From an uncultured virus (IMG/VR IMGVR_UViG_2875450446_000004) (Duplodnaviria; Heunggongvirae; Uroviricota; Caudoviricetes), in the IMG/VR virus record IMGVR_UViG_2875450446_000004: a stretch of DNA of 20,000 nt. One strand, written 5' to 3'. The notes beneath the pieces were generated by a model, which was not told the DNA's origin, searched no databases, and worked only from the letters and a program-made list of their open reading frames with translations. Positions within the stretch are counted from its first letter, which is position 1, and each line of letters starts with the position of its first letter. Positions 5,877-14,275 of this stretch are shown here, one piece after another. A program made the translations under genes and the position numbers.

Positions 5877-6892
5877 TATAACCTCCGCCGACCTTTAGTA
5901 CGGGTATTCCCGTACTGTAAACTCACCCGCCACTTCTTAACGTCATCCGCACGCTCATACACCGCCTTCAACTCCGCTCTCCCCTTCGCAAGTAAAAATT
6001 CATTCGCATCCTTCCCTTCCGTAATATATCCGTGTGCCAGTCCGACTCTCCCGTATAAATAACGCTCGACCTCCGCCCGCAGCTTCTCGCCGGCCTTATC
6101 GTTATCCGTCACGATAGTTACGTGTTCAATCGGAGACTGGACGATAATATCCGCTTTGCGTTGGTTGAACGAAGATCCTCCGGTCCCGATCGCCGGCACT
6201 CCCGCCGTCATCCACGATTGCGCATCGATCTCCGCCTCGCATAAGACAACGCGGTTCAGCCGCCGGTCATACACGACATTCATTCCGTAAACAAGGTCCC
6301 GTATCGGCCATCCGCCTTTGACGTACCAGAACGCCTTGCCCCGGGTTGACCGATACTTTACGTTGGCGAGCCGGCCGTTAGGCAGCCGCCAGGGCAACGC
6401 AACCGCACCGCCAACCATTCCTACACCCATTAGACGCTGGACCGCCGGCATGATTCCGCGCTTGTTTAAATAATAGTTAGGCCCCGCAACCACGCCGCCG
6501 AGAATCGATTCGCTTAGAGGTTCGCGATTCTTTGCGATCTTCAGCTTCGGCAGCCTGAGCGTTAATTTACCGTCATCTGATTCCGGCGCATACGCATCGA
6601 TCAGGTATTCGATCGTCTCCTCTTCGGTTTCTTCGCGCAAGAACGCCAGCAACTTAACGAAGCCACCCCGTGCATACTCTGCGTCATAATAGCCGCTATC
6701 GCCCCAATAGCCGGCCTTTGCGGATGTCGTATCGTCAAGATATACGTAAAAACTTGGCGTCCGGTCATATCGGAAAGGGCTTGCGGCCAGGAGTCGCTCA
6801 TCCGTCCAAGTCGGCCGCGTCCATTCGAATTGTTCGAGTTCATATCGTATGTCAACGTCGACCTGACGGCCATTTAACGTTAAAATCGGCAC
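5873..6892 (-). CDS. Phage DNA primase (TOPRIM)
   Basis: LCEAEIDA, GTGG and TDNDKAG..KDANE TOPRIM motifs; YL..RGI; follows the helicase; AAGGAGTG RBS with GTG start. Confidence 0.9.
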   Translation of the reverse strand: MPILTLNGRQVDVDIRYELEQFEWTRPTWTDERLLAASPFRYDRTPSFYVYLDDTTSAKAGYWGDSGYYDAEYARGGFVKLLAFLREETEEETIEYLIDAYAPESDDGKLTLRLPKLKIAKNREPLSESILGGVVAGPNYYLNKRGIMPAVQRLMGVGMVGGAVALPWRLPNGRLANVKYRSTRGKAFWYVKGGWPIRDLVYGMNVVYDRRLNRVVLCEAEIDAQSWMTAGVPAIGTGGSSFNQRKADIIVQSPIEHVTIVTDNDKAGEKLRAEVERYLYGRVGLAHGYITEGKDANEFLLAKGRAELKAVYERADDVKKWRVSLQYGNTRTKGRRRLY

Positions 6893-7027
6893 TTTCGTAT
6901 CACTCCTTTCGTCCTAATTAGGCCGGATTGTTCTATATATTACGCCCTGATTTCGAAAAATTCCATCGTATTTTGTCGAAAGAATCGCGGTAAATGTTGA
7001 CAATGTTATCCGTTATATTCCAACTCC

Positions 7028-8413
7028 TTAAAAGTCGAACTGATCCGCTGACCCTTCGGCTCCTCCTAGTTGTTTGATGACGCCAAACTGCGGCAGATAA
7101 ACGATCTCAGCGCTCTTCCCTTCGCCACCATCCCGGCCTTTGTTCAGACCGATCAGACCTCGACCTTCCTCTGCGTTCGTATCCACCGCAATCAATAGCG
7201 CAGCATCTTCGAGTAGGGCCTTCGTTTTCTTGACGTCTTTACGCTGCGGCAACTTTAATTCGGAGTCAGCATCTTTCCCTTCGCCTTCTTCCGCTTGCGT
7301 CAACGCAAAGACAGTCGTTTTTGTTTGGCCGGCCAGACGGCGGAGTTTCTTCGAAGTCTCGGCCGCGTCTCCACCCGCAGTCTTTGACGTGTTCTTTTCG
7401 TAATCTAAATAGTAAAACGGATCAATTAGCACGACGTCAGCTTTCGTTTCGAGTATATCCGCCTTCAGATCGCGGAGTTTCCGGGAGTCGAAGTCCTCGT
7501 CGTCCACCGCGCGGACAATGATATTACCCGGGATCAATTCGTTCATCTTATCGAGGAACTCCATAAAGCCGGCTTCGAATTCGTCGGATAGCTTGCCTTG
7601 GCGAACATCTCGTGAGTTAAAGCCGCCTGGTCCTGCGTAATCGATTCCGAGTTCCATATCGACATCTTCTAACGGATTGTTGTCGATCCCAAACTCTCCC
7701 GAAATGGAAACGTAAAGCCGGACGAGAACCTCGTACCATCCCATCTCCATCGACCAAATCAGAACGTTCGCTCCCTGCATCGCACAACTAATCGCTTCCT
7801 CCAACGCTATGGCCGATTTACCCCGGCCAGATTTCCCATAAATGACGTATACGTTCGATGAAACATAGCCGCCCATCGCCCGGTTTATGAAGTCGAATTT
7901 GCTGCGCCAGATCCGGAAAGACTCGCCAGCCTTGCGGTTTTCGTATTCGGCTTTGAATTTGTCGATATCTTTTTTGATGTCGGTACCAACCGAACTACGA
8001 ACGTTTGTTCTAATTTTAAATCTTTCGGCTTGCTCCGTCAACCAAGAAAAAAATTCTTCCGGATTGTCTTGCGCACTCTCCCATCGTTTTATAAATTCGG
8101 ATTCTTCTCCGTCTCCTCTACCGTTAACAATTTCGGAAAAATCCCGCAAGGACGCGTAATTTTTCAATTTCTCCGCGATAAACTCGTAACTAGCTTCGAT
8201 ACCAAAATTCGGCTCGAAATCCGGTACCTCGTGCGTTACCATCTCGGCCGTCGGCGCCTGGCCTCCGTGTTTCTCCGCATATTCCGTGATGTATCGGAGT
8301 GCTTTTCGTTCGCCTTCCGTTGGTAAGTCCTCGGCGGTAATGTTAAAGCGCAGCAACGCGTTCGGATCGTTCTGTTCGATTACTTTCGACAGCATTAAGA
8401 CTCCGTAGTTCAT
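7028..8413 (-). CDS. DnaB-like (SF4) replicative helicase
   Basis: Walker A YGKSGRGKS, WSMEM, Walker B VVLIDPFY, ALTQ, LEDAA and NKGRDG SF4 motifs. Confidence 0.92.
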   Translation of the reverse strand: MNYGVLMLSKVIEQNDPNALLRFNITAEDLPTEGERKALRYITEYAEKHGGQAPTAEMVTHEVPDFEPNFGIEASYEFIAEKLKNYASLRDFSEIVNGRGDGEESEFIKRWESAQDNPEEFFSWLTEQAERFKIRTNVRSSVGTDIKKDIDKFKAEYENRKAGESFRIWRSKFDFINRAMGGYVSSNVYVIYGKSGRGKSAIALEEAISCAMQGANVLIWSMEMGWYEVLVRLYVSISGEFGIDNNPLEDVDMELGIDYAGPGGFNSRDVRQGKLSDEFEAGFMEFLDKMNELIPGNIIVRAVDDEDFDSRKLRDLKADILETKADVVLIDPFYYLDYEKNTSKTAGGDAAETSKKLRRLAGQTKTTVFALTQAEEGEGKDADSELKLPQRKDVKKTKALLEDAALLIAVDTNAEEGRGLIGLNKGRDGGEGKSAEIVYLPQFGVIKQLGGAEGSADQFDF

Positions 8414-8613
8414 CCGCGATCCCTCCTCTTCTTCTCGATATAAATGACTCTCACGCCTCTTTTCCGCTGTTCTGCGATTTCGATACTTATACGGAAGTAG
8501 TCGGCTGCCTCACCGAACATACCCGAAATGTAATCCGCAGCAACACCGATGTAGTAGAACGCCCAATCCAGCGCAGCAAACGTCCACTTTAACGGATAGA
8601 GTAGGCGGTACAT
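8410..8613 (-). CDS. Hypothetical phage protein (67 aa)
   Basis: GGAGG RBS; start and stop coupled to both neighbours. Confidence 0.65.
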   Translation of the reverse strand: MYRLLYPLKWTFAALDWAFYYIGVAADYISGMFGEAADYFRISIEIAEQRKRGVRVIYIEKKRRDRG

Positions 8614-8945
8614 TATTCCGACGCCTCCAACTCATAGAGCCGCTGAAAAGATTGGATAACGCGTGCTCCTGACTCATAAAGTTCGACGGCGGGTGCGTCA
8701 AGTTTGAACGCGGGCTTATCGTCAATCAAAATAACCTTATTTCCGTTTTCATCTACCTTAATCTGACCGCGTTCCTTAGCTTCATCAAATGTTAAGCCGA
8801 AATGATCAAACGCCCTTTGAAATTCCGAATACATCCATCCTTGAACTTTTTTAGAAAATTCATCAAATAGTGCGCCATCACTCTTTCTCTCATTTTCAAT
8901 ATCCTTGAAATACTGTTTAAGTCTCGGACTTAGTCTATAAGTCAC
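8613..8945 (-). CDS. Hypothetical phage protein (110 aa)
   Basis: GTG start coupled to the upstream TAG; GGAGG RBS. Confidence 0.7.
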   Translation of the reverse strand: MTYRLSPRLKQYFKDIENERKSDGALFDEFSKKVQGWMYSEFQRAFDHFGLTFDEAKERGQIKVDENGNKVILIDDKPAFKLDAPAVELYESGARVIQSFQRLYELEASE

Positions 8946-9440
8946 TACCGCTCGACCTCCCGCTTTAATTTCGCCTTCGCCTCGTCCTGCTTCGCCTTGT
9001 ATTCCTCGTCGCCGTACATCGCTTCCAAACGCTTGTAATCGTTATATTCATCGAGCAGCTCATCGATTTTCTTCGTCTTGTCTTTCGCCATTTCACTCCC
9101 CGCCTTTTCTAGTCCTTCGCTAAGCTTAGCTATGGTATCGGCACTCGGTAATTCCGGAAGAAATTCCGCAAAGTGAAACGCCGTTCCCTCTGGCTTCGGA
9201 TAGTTTTCGTAATCAACTCCGTCAAGATATTCGTCAACAAACTGACTGCGGCAGACTAGACGGATATCGTTCGCATCAGCGAGAATCCATTCGCCGTGTA
9301 TTGCGTCTGTCAGATCGAACTCAACGTAAGTAGAGACGCCGGTATCATCCGTCAATGTCCCGACGCGCATCCACGAAGAAAATGCGGTCAGGGTAGCCGT
9401 CTACTGCGACTAGGTCTCCGAAAGCGATGTCCGTTTTCAT
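8945..9440 (-). pseudogene. Apparently frameshifted gene with a YodN-like C-terminal motif
   Basis: Coupled ATG at 9440 reads MKTDIAFGDLVAVDGYPDRIFFVDARRDIDG* (stop 9345-9347). The rest (TLTDDTGVSTYVEF...KIDELLDEYNDYKRLEAMYGDEEY) is in another frame whose ATG (9370) has no RBS. Confidence 0.6.
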
Positions 9441-10219
9441 CTCCGCAGCCCCCTTTTCGATTCGCCTTCGAATTCATGCATTATACATAAGTCGCGAATT
9501 CTATCGTAAATACGGTGCTCGCCGAACACGCTCGGCAAACGTTCAATCGAAATGTTGCTCGTATAAATTGTCGGAAGTTGATTCGTCACTCTCGCGTTAA
9601 TTATGCCGTGTAAATCACCGCGAAATCCGTCCGTAACGTTCCGTACACCAATGTCGTCCAGAACCGCAAAGGGCGCCGTCTTAGCCGCTTCTAGCGCGCG
9701 GTAGTAACGGGTGGCCGCGTGCTCTGCGACCGAGTCCGGAACACGCGGCCGATTGAATTCGTTATAATCGTCTTGCCATTCGTTCACATCGAGGAAATAG
9801 GCCGGGCGCAGTGACGGCGTTAAACCTCTCCGCAAAGATCCGCTGTAATGAACGCGCAGCCATTCGTTAAGGATTGCCGCCGCTGTCGTCGTCTTTCCGG
9901 TGCCGGAGTTCGCGCTGTAGAGATACAACGACTTGATCCGGTCAGCCGGTTCGATATAGCCTTCCGTTTGCTCGAATTGGCGTTCGAACGTCTTGACGTA
10001 GTTTTCAACCGATTTATATACCGCAGGCTGATCCGCTCTGGCCGGCGAGTTGGCGAGCGTTGTCAGTCGATATTCTCGCGGTAATCCTGCCGCCGCAGAT
10101 CGACCGCCGGTGCCCGATGCGCCGTGTAGTGCGATGAAGTGCGAGCATTGGCGGGTACAGGCGGACGTGCCGGCCGCTTTGCATCCGTTAGCCAGGACGC
10201 AGTTTCTTTCGTTAGTCAA
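9437..10219 (-). CDS. DnaC/IstB-like AAA+ ATPase (helicase loader)
   Basis: Walker A NSGTGKTT, Walker B AVLDDIG, PTIYTSN, RIYDRI, GESKR; N-terminal Cys cluster. Confidence 0.9.
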   Translation of the reverse strand: MTNERNCVLANGCKAAGTSACTRQCSHFIALHGASGTGGRSAAAGLPREYRLTTLANSPARADQPAVYKSVENYVKTFERQFEQTEGYIEPADRIKSLYLYSANSGTGKTTTAAAILNEWLRVHYSGSLRRGLTPSLRPAYFLDVNEWQDDYNEFNRPRVPDSVAEHAATRYYRALEAAKTAPFAVLDDIGVRNVTDGFRGDLHGIINARVTNQLPTIYTSNISIERLPSVFGEHRIYDRIRDLCIMHEFEGESKRGLRR

Positions 10220-10237
10220 TGGCGTTCACTCCTTTCG

Positions 10238-10390
10238 TTAGTTCTTGTGGATAGTAAACTCCGCTTTAACTTCGTGGTCCCATGGGTTGACTACAAATTT
10301 TCCGTTAGTTACCGTATACCCTTTCCGCTGAAGCCACTGCATCATAGCTTCGACGATTTCCGCCTGACTCATCGTATACTTTAAAGCCAT
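10238..10390 (-). CDS. Small 50-aa hypothetical phage protein
   Basis: GGAGG RBS before ATG 10390 (MALKYTMSQAEIVEAMMQWLQRKGYTV...); resembles 11550-11723. Confidence 0.65.
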   Translation of the reverse strand: MALKYTMSQAEIVEAMMQWLQRKGYTVTNGKFVVNPWDHEVKAEFTIHKN

Positions 10391-10406
10391 ACCGCAATAC
10401 CTCCGT

Positions 10407-10790
10407 TTAATAAAAGTCGTCGCCGATTTCCGCCTGCTGCTCCCGCCTTTGTTGCGCCGCTTCTTCGTCCCTGATTTCCGCCACTGCCCGCTGCAAATTC
10501 CGCCCCATATACGTCTGCATAAATCCGAAGCTGATGCCCGGCCATTCTGCCGTCGGCCGGTATTCCGCAAAGCACAGATCTATGAAGCGCTTCGTTACTT
10601 CCGGGCCGTATTCGCCTGGTTTCCGCTTCGTTCCGACCCAGCGCCCGAGCATTCCCGCTTCGGCCTTCCATGGTTCGCGAGTAGGCATCGGAACGTAAGG
10701 GACACCGTACAGCCGCTCATGCTCCGCTTTTAAGTACGATTGAAAGTCGCGCACATTCCACTTGGATACCGATTTATCTATCGTCGGCAT
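10407..10790 (-). CDS. Hypothetical protein upstream of the loader, possibly a replication accessory factor
   Basis: Probable start MPTIDK at 10790 (GGGTGA RBS); 127 aa; function inferred from position only. Confidence 0.6.
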   Translation of the reverse strand: MPTIDKSVSKWNVRDFQSYLKAEHERLYGVPYVPMPTREPWKAEAGMLGRWVGTKRKPGEYGPEVTKRFIDLCFAEYRPTAEWPGISFGFMQTYMGRNLQRAVAEIRDEEAAQQRREQQAEIGDDFY

Positions 10791-11190
10791 TTTCGTCACC
10801 CATTTCGTTAAGAATCGCATAATAATCGTATTCTTGCGCATAGGCTTCGTAGAGATCGATTTTACGCCGCAAGTCCGAAATTTCCTCCGCCATGTGATCC
10901 TTTTCCGCTAACAACGATTCAACAATTGGTCGGTCGGCAATCGGACACATTCTCGCTATATCCGACGCAAGCTCCGCAATGTGATCGAGTAAAGCCGGAA
11001 TGTCTTGGCGAGCGCTTGCGATGAATTCTGCGTCTTCTTTCGTCGCGGCGGCCGCAACTCCGTCCCAATGTGTTTTTACCCAATAGCGAAGATTTTCGTT
11101 TCCTGGCCACTCACAATCATCTGCGGCCCAATAGCTCTCTGTTGCCGCTTCCGCACGCTGACGGATCGCTTCGAGTTCGTCTTTCGTCAT
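10774..11190 (-). CDS. Ead/Ea22-like phage protein
   Basis: ELEAIRQRAEAAT..W and DAEFIASARQDIPALLDHI motifs; ATG 11190 coupled to the upstream stop (TGATG). Confidence 0.7.
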   Translation of the reverse strand: MTKDELEAIRQRAEAATESYWAADDCEWPGNENLRYWVKTHWDGVAAAATKEDAEFIASARQDIPALLDHIAELASDIARMCPIADRPIVESLLAEKDHMAEEISDLRRKIDLYEAYAQEYDYYAILNEMGDENADDR

Positions 11191-11549
11191 CACGCATTCA
11201 CCCCTTCGATTTTGATTCCGAGACGATTTAACGTACACTTAATAATGCGCCGGTACACCTCGTTTCGAAAAGACATTTCCGCTGGATACATTAGAGGGCC
11301 ACACTCGAAACTATCGTAAAACTCTCGCACACTCTCCTCCGGCGTCTTTTCGACTTCATATCCGTTGATTAATGCGGCCGCGAGCACTATTGTATAGAGG
11401 CTATTTAGCGGTTCATACTCATTAAACCACCTATTTGCCACGTGATGTTCTAATATATCGTCTTCAGTCCAATCGTTACCATCCGACATTAGAAACTGGA
11501 TAGCCTCCGCCTGCTCCTTCGTAATTACCGGCTTGTTTATTTCGCTCAT
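11190..11549 (-). CDS. DUF1642-like phage protein
   Basis: KPVITKEQAEAI...AALINGYEVEK pattern; GGAGG RBS. Confidence 0.6.
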   Translation of the reverse strand: MSEINKPVITKEQAEAIQFLMSDGNDWTEDDILEHHVANRWFNEYEPLNSLYTIVLAAALINGYEVEKTPEESVREFYDSFECGPLMYPAEMSFRNEVYRRIIKCTLNRLGIKIEGVNA

Positions 11550-11723
11550 CTATTCGTCCTCCCTCGCGAGAATATCGTACGCATACAGTTGTATATTGAA
11601 ACGAACAAGGCCGCTTCCGTCCGATTGTATCTGTGACCCCTTTACGTGAAATCCTTTTTGCGCAAAATGGTCTCGGAGAATCTTCTCGATTTCGTCGTCT
11701 AAAAGGCTGATTGTAACGTTCAT
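11550..11723 (-). CDS. Small 57-aa hypothetical phage protein
   Basis: AGGAGG RBS, ATGA coupling; MNVTISLLDDEIEKILRDHFAQKGFHVKGSQIQSDGSGLVRFNIQLYAYDILAREDE. Confidence 0.7.
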   Translation of the reverse strand: MNVTISLLDDEIEKILRDHFAQKGFHVKGSQIQSDGSGLVRFNIQLYAYDILAREDE

Positions 11724-11968
11724 CGTTCGCCCTCCTTTAATTCGCGCATTAGTAGTCCGTGCAATGTGGTGACGGTATGACGCTGATCAGCCGAAAGATT
11801 CTCCGGAAGTTTCATCGGAATCACGCCCGGTTCTGATGGCTGTCGCTCAGATCTGACGTAGAGGTCGGCCGTAAGTTCCTCCGCTTCCTCAATCGTGTGT
11901 TTCAGCCGCTCGTTTTCCGCAATTAATTTTGCTACAGTACAGCGCAGGCCTGTGATTTCGTCTGTCAT
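11720..11968 (-). CDS. Hypothetical phage protein with LIAENERLK coiled coil
   Basis: ORF track; AAGGAGG RBS; overlaps both neighbours. Confidence 0.7.
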   Translation of the reverse strand: MTDEITGLRCTVAKLIAENERLKHTIEEAEELTADLYVRSERQPSEPGVIPMKLPENLSADQRHTVTTLHGLLMRELKEGER

Positions 11969-12300
11969 TTTAGCGCCTCCTTTGCGTGTAAATTTATTTC
12001 GTATAGCTCAGTAATCGGAACTAAATCGACTGGTTCTTCGGGAAGCTCCGACTTCGATTCGATTAATTTCAGCGCCTTCTTCAACCGCTCGTTTTCCGCA
12101 ATCAATCCGGCAACGGCACAACGCAGGTCTGCGACTTCTTTAGCTTCCGGAAACAGATCGAACGTCGTCAACTCCCGCTCTGATCCGTCTTCCTCCTGGA
12201 TAAACACGCCGCCCTCTCCCGGAGCAACTTCCCGCACCTCAATTCCGAGTTCCTTTGCGTCCTGGATAATGCGGTCTCTATCGAATTTTGGAACGATCAT
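11965..12300 (-). CDS. Hypothetical phage protein with LIAENERLK coiled coil
   Basis: ORF track; GGGAGG RBS. Confidence 0.7.
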   Translation of the reverse strand: MIVPKFDRDRIIQDAKELGIEVREVAPGEGGVFIQEEDGSERELTTFDLFPEAKEVADLRCAVAGLIAENERLKKALKLIESKSELPEEPVDLVPITELYEINLHAKEALK

Positions 12301-12312
12301 TTTAACGCCTCC

Positions 12313-12816
12313 CTAATAATAGAATCCTCCGGACCGGCAACTGTGAAGCTCGAAATGTTCGTCTACAATTACGTCAGTGCCCTCGATGGGATTACCGAAG
12401 GGGTTATACATCGCAACAAGCAGCTCGGTTCCGTCCTTGAGTCCCAAAACGAACTCCCTTGTCAAGGTATTCTGGAAGACTTCGAATCCTTCTCCTCGAC
12501 GGATTAGCACGACTCTTTCTTCGTTTTCTATTCCGAAGTAGTCGTTCTTTGCCTTTACGTAGATACTATCGGGGCCGCCCCGTCTTTCCATAACTGCTGC
12601 GTCTGATTTAGCGCACTCACTTATAAAATCCTTAACGGTTTCAAACTGCCTTTCGTCCTGTCTGCGATAAAGACATTCGTTAACAAATCGCCGGGATATC
12701 GCAGACATTCGCAGGATGAATTCCTCAGCGTATTTTAAACGCTCATTCTCCCGTTTAAGGCTCCGAAGTTCTTCCGCAATCTCTTTCGTCATCCTTTCGT
12801 AATCTTTCTCCGCCAT
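12313..12816 (-). CDS. Hypothetical phage protein (167 aa)
   Basis: ORF track; GGAGG RBS. Confidence 0.7.
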   Translation of the reverse strand: MAEKDYERMTKEIAEELRSLKRENERLKYAEEFILRMSAISRRFVNECLYRRQDERQFETVKDFISECAKSDAAVMERRGGPDSIYVKAKNDYFGIENEERVVLIRRGEGFEVFQNTLTREFVLGLKDGTELLVAMYNPFGNPIEGTDVIVDEHFELHSCRSGGFYY

Positions 12817-12855
12817 TTTTCCGCCTCCATTCCGTGTATTTTCGCCCTTCCAACG

Positions 12856-13185
12856 TCATCCCTTACGATTACCCTCGATCGTCAGCAAAGCCGCTAATTC
12901 CCCGCGAAATTCCCGTATAATTCGTGCGAGCTCTTCCAGCGTCTTGGCGTCCGATAATTTAATCCGCCGATCCATGACGAACATGATTGCGCGATCAACC
13001 GATGAGAAGTACGCGATCTCTCGCCAACGTGCGATCGGTGACGGATCCAGGTCGGGATTTTCGGCGAGCCGCTTCGTCCAGTTCGGCGCTTTCGTTGGAT
13101 CGGTGAAATAGCGTTCATTGACGATGATATTGCGTTCGTCTGACGTGAGTTTGTAATCGGGGGAAATCGGGATTTCAATCGTCAT
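12856..13185 (-). CDS. Hypothetical phage protein (109 aa)
   Basis: TAATG coupling, GAGGAG RBS; YKLTSDERNIIV...WREIAYF is a common phage small-protein pattern. Confidence 0.7.
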   Translation of the reverse strand: MTIEIPISPDYKLTSDERNIIVNERYFTDPTKAPNWTKRLAENPDLDPSPIARWREIAYFSSVDRAIMFVMDRRIKLSDAKTLEELARIIREFRGELAALLTIEGNRKG

Positions 13186-13373
13186 TACAACATCGCTCCT
13201 CTCGATTTGATAATTTCAAGCGCCTGGTCTTCGGTGAAGCCTGCGCGGATAAGGGCGTCTTTTCCTTTTCGCATCAGAACCGCGTTTAGTTCGACTTGGC
13301 GGGCGACAAGCTCCATATTTTCGAGGAAAAATTCGATGGACGACTTCAGGTCATTCGTTTGTACTTCCGTCAT
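13185..13373 (-). CDS. Hypothetical phage protein (62 aa, L..AGFTEDQALEI motif)
   Basis: AAGGAG RBS; overlaps both neighbours. Confidence 0.7.
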   Translation of the reverse strand: MTEVQTNDLKSSIEFFLENMELVARQVELNAVLMRKGKDALIRAGFTEDQALEIIKSRGAML

Positions 13374-13698
13374 CTTCGTCAGCTCCTTCGTTATTAATTT
13401 GATTGAGAAAGTCGCGAATAGGTCGCATCGGAACTTCGCTCAGTCCGAACACACCACCAAACAGCACCGAGTTTATTTTCTGCCCGTGATTCCGCATTAG
13501 CTTTCCGATACCAAACTCCGGACTGCACGGGCATTTCGGGTCACTACAGTACCTAAAGTCGTTAATATATTGCGTAGCGTGTACGATTAGCTCTAAGAAG
13601 ATAATTCGAAGCTCATCCTTATCAGGGCCGTCGTATCCGCACATAAACTCGTTTTGGTAAATTTCGATCATACCCTTGAGAATCGTCTTATCATTCAT
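13351..13698 (-). CDS. Hypothetical phage protein (115 aa)
   Basis: ORF track; AAGGGA RBS; contains C-x4-CPC. Confidence 0.65.
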   Translation of the reverse strand: MNDKTILKGMIEIYQNEFMCGYDGPDKDELRIIFLELIVHATQYINDFRYCSDPKCPCSPEFGIGKLMRNHGQKINSVLFGGVFGLSEVPMRPIRDFLNQINNEGADEDDGSTNE

Positions 13699-13831
13699 AC
13701 TTTCGCAATCCCTTCCGTTTATTAATAAGACCTAGCAATCGTTCGCATTCGCTCACTCTTGCAGATGTTATTTATCGCGATACATCTTTTAATAAAGAAT
13801 ATCCGCGCGAATGTATATGAGCGCTATTATT

Positions 13832-13871
13832 TAATTGAGTATAGATAATTGAGTATAGTAAATGAGTATAG
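13832..13871. repeat. Three tandem 13-mers TAAwTGAGTATAG; candidate replication origin element
   Basis: Copies at 13832-13844, 13846-13858 and 13859-13871, just downstream of the wHTH gene in AT-rich noncoding DNA. Confidence 0.65.
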
Positions 13872-13905
13872 TTCGTCTGTCGTTTGAGCAAGGGACGGGT
13901 TCACC

Positions 13906-14259
13906 TCATGAACCCCCGGCTTCATTTTCGAATGCTTTCGGGATCGGTAGCAGTACGTACAGGTTCGATAATTGTCCGCTCTCCTTACTCCTTCTTTCGC
14001 GAATGTCGATCAACCCAACATCCTTCAACTTACGCAAAGCCTCCCGGACCGTATTCTCCGAACAGAAACACTCGGCTGCCAACGTCTTGACCGAAGGAAA
14101 CGACTGCTTGCTGTGATTGTCCGCGTGCATCGACAACATCGTATAAACGAGCTTTTGCGCACTCTTGTCGAGAATCTTGACGTCAGCTAACACGCTGCTC
14201 GCTACTTGCGCGAATTTGTGCTCGCGTAAATCCAAAACGCCTCGCTCTTCGTTTGTCAT
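13906..14259 (-). CDS. Winged-HTH protein resembling the N-terminal domain of phage replication initiators
   Basis: KLVYTML..HAD....SFPSVKTLAAECFCSENTVREALRKLKDVGLI...SNLY; GGAGG RBS before ATG 14259. Confidence 0.8.
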   Translation of the reverse strand: MTNEERGVLDLREHKFAQVASSVLADVKILDKSAQKLVYTMLSMHADNHSKQSFPSVKTLAAECFCSENTVREALRKLKDVGLIDIRERRSKESGQLSNLYVLLPIPKAFENEAGGS

Positions 14260-14275
14260 TCGAAAACCTCCTATC

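Noticed and set aside
6925..7020. Internal promoter before the primase (minus TGGAAT-N15-CGTAAT; plus TTGACA...TATATT)
   Set aside because: The ECF-like match is weak and single-copy; the plus-strand spacing is 11 bp, too short for SigA.
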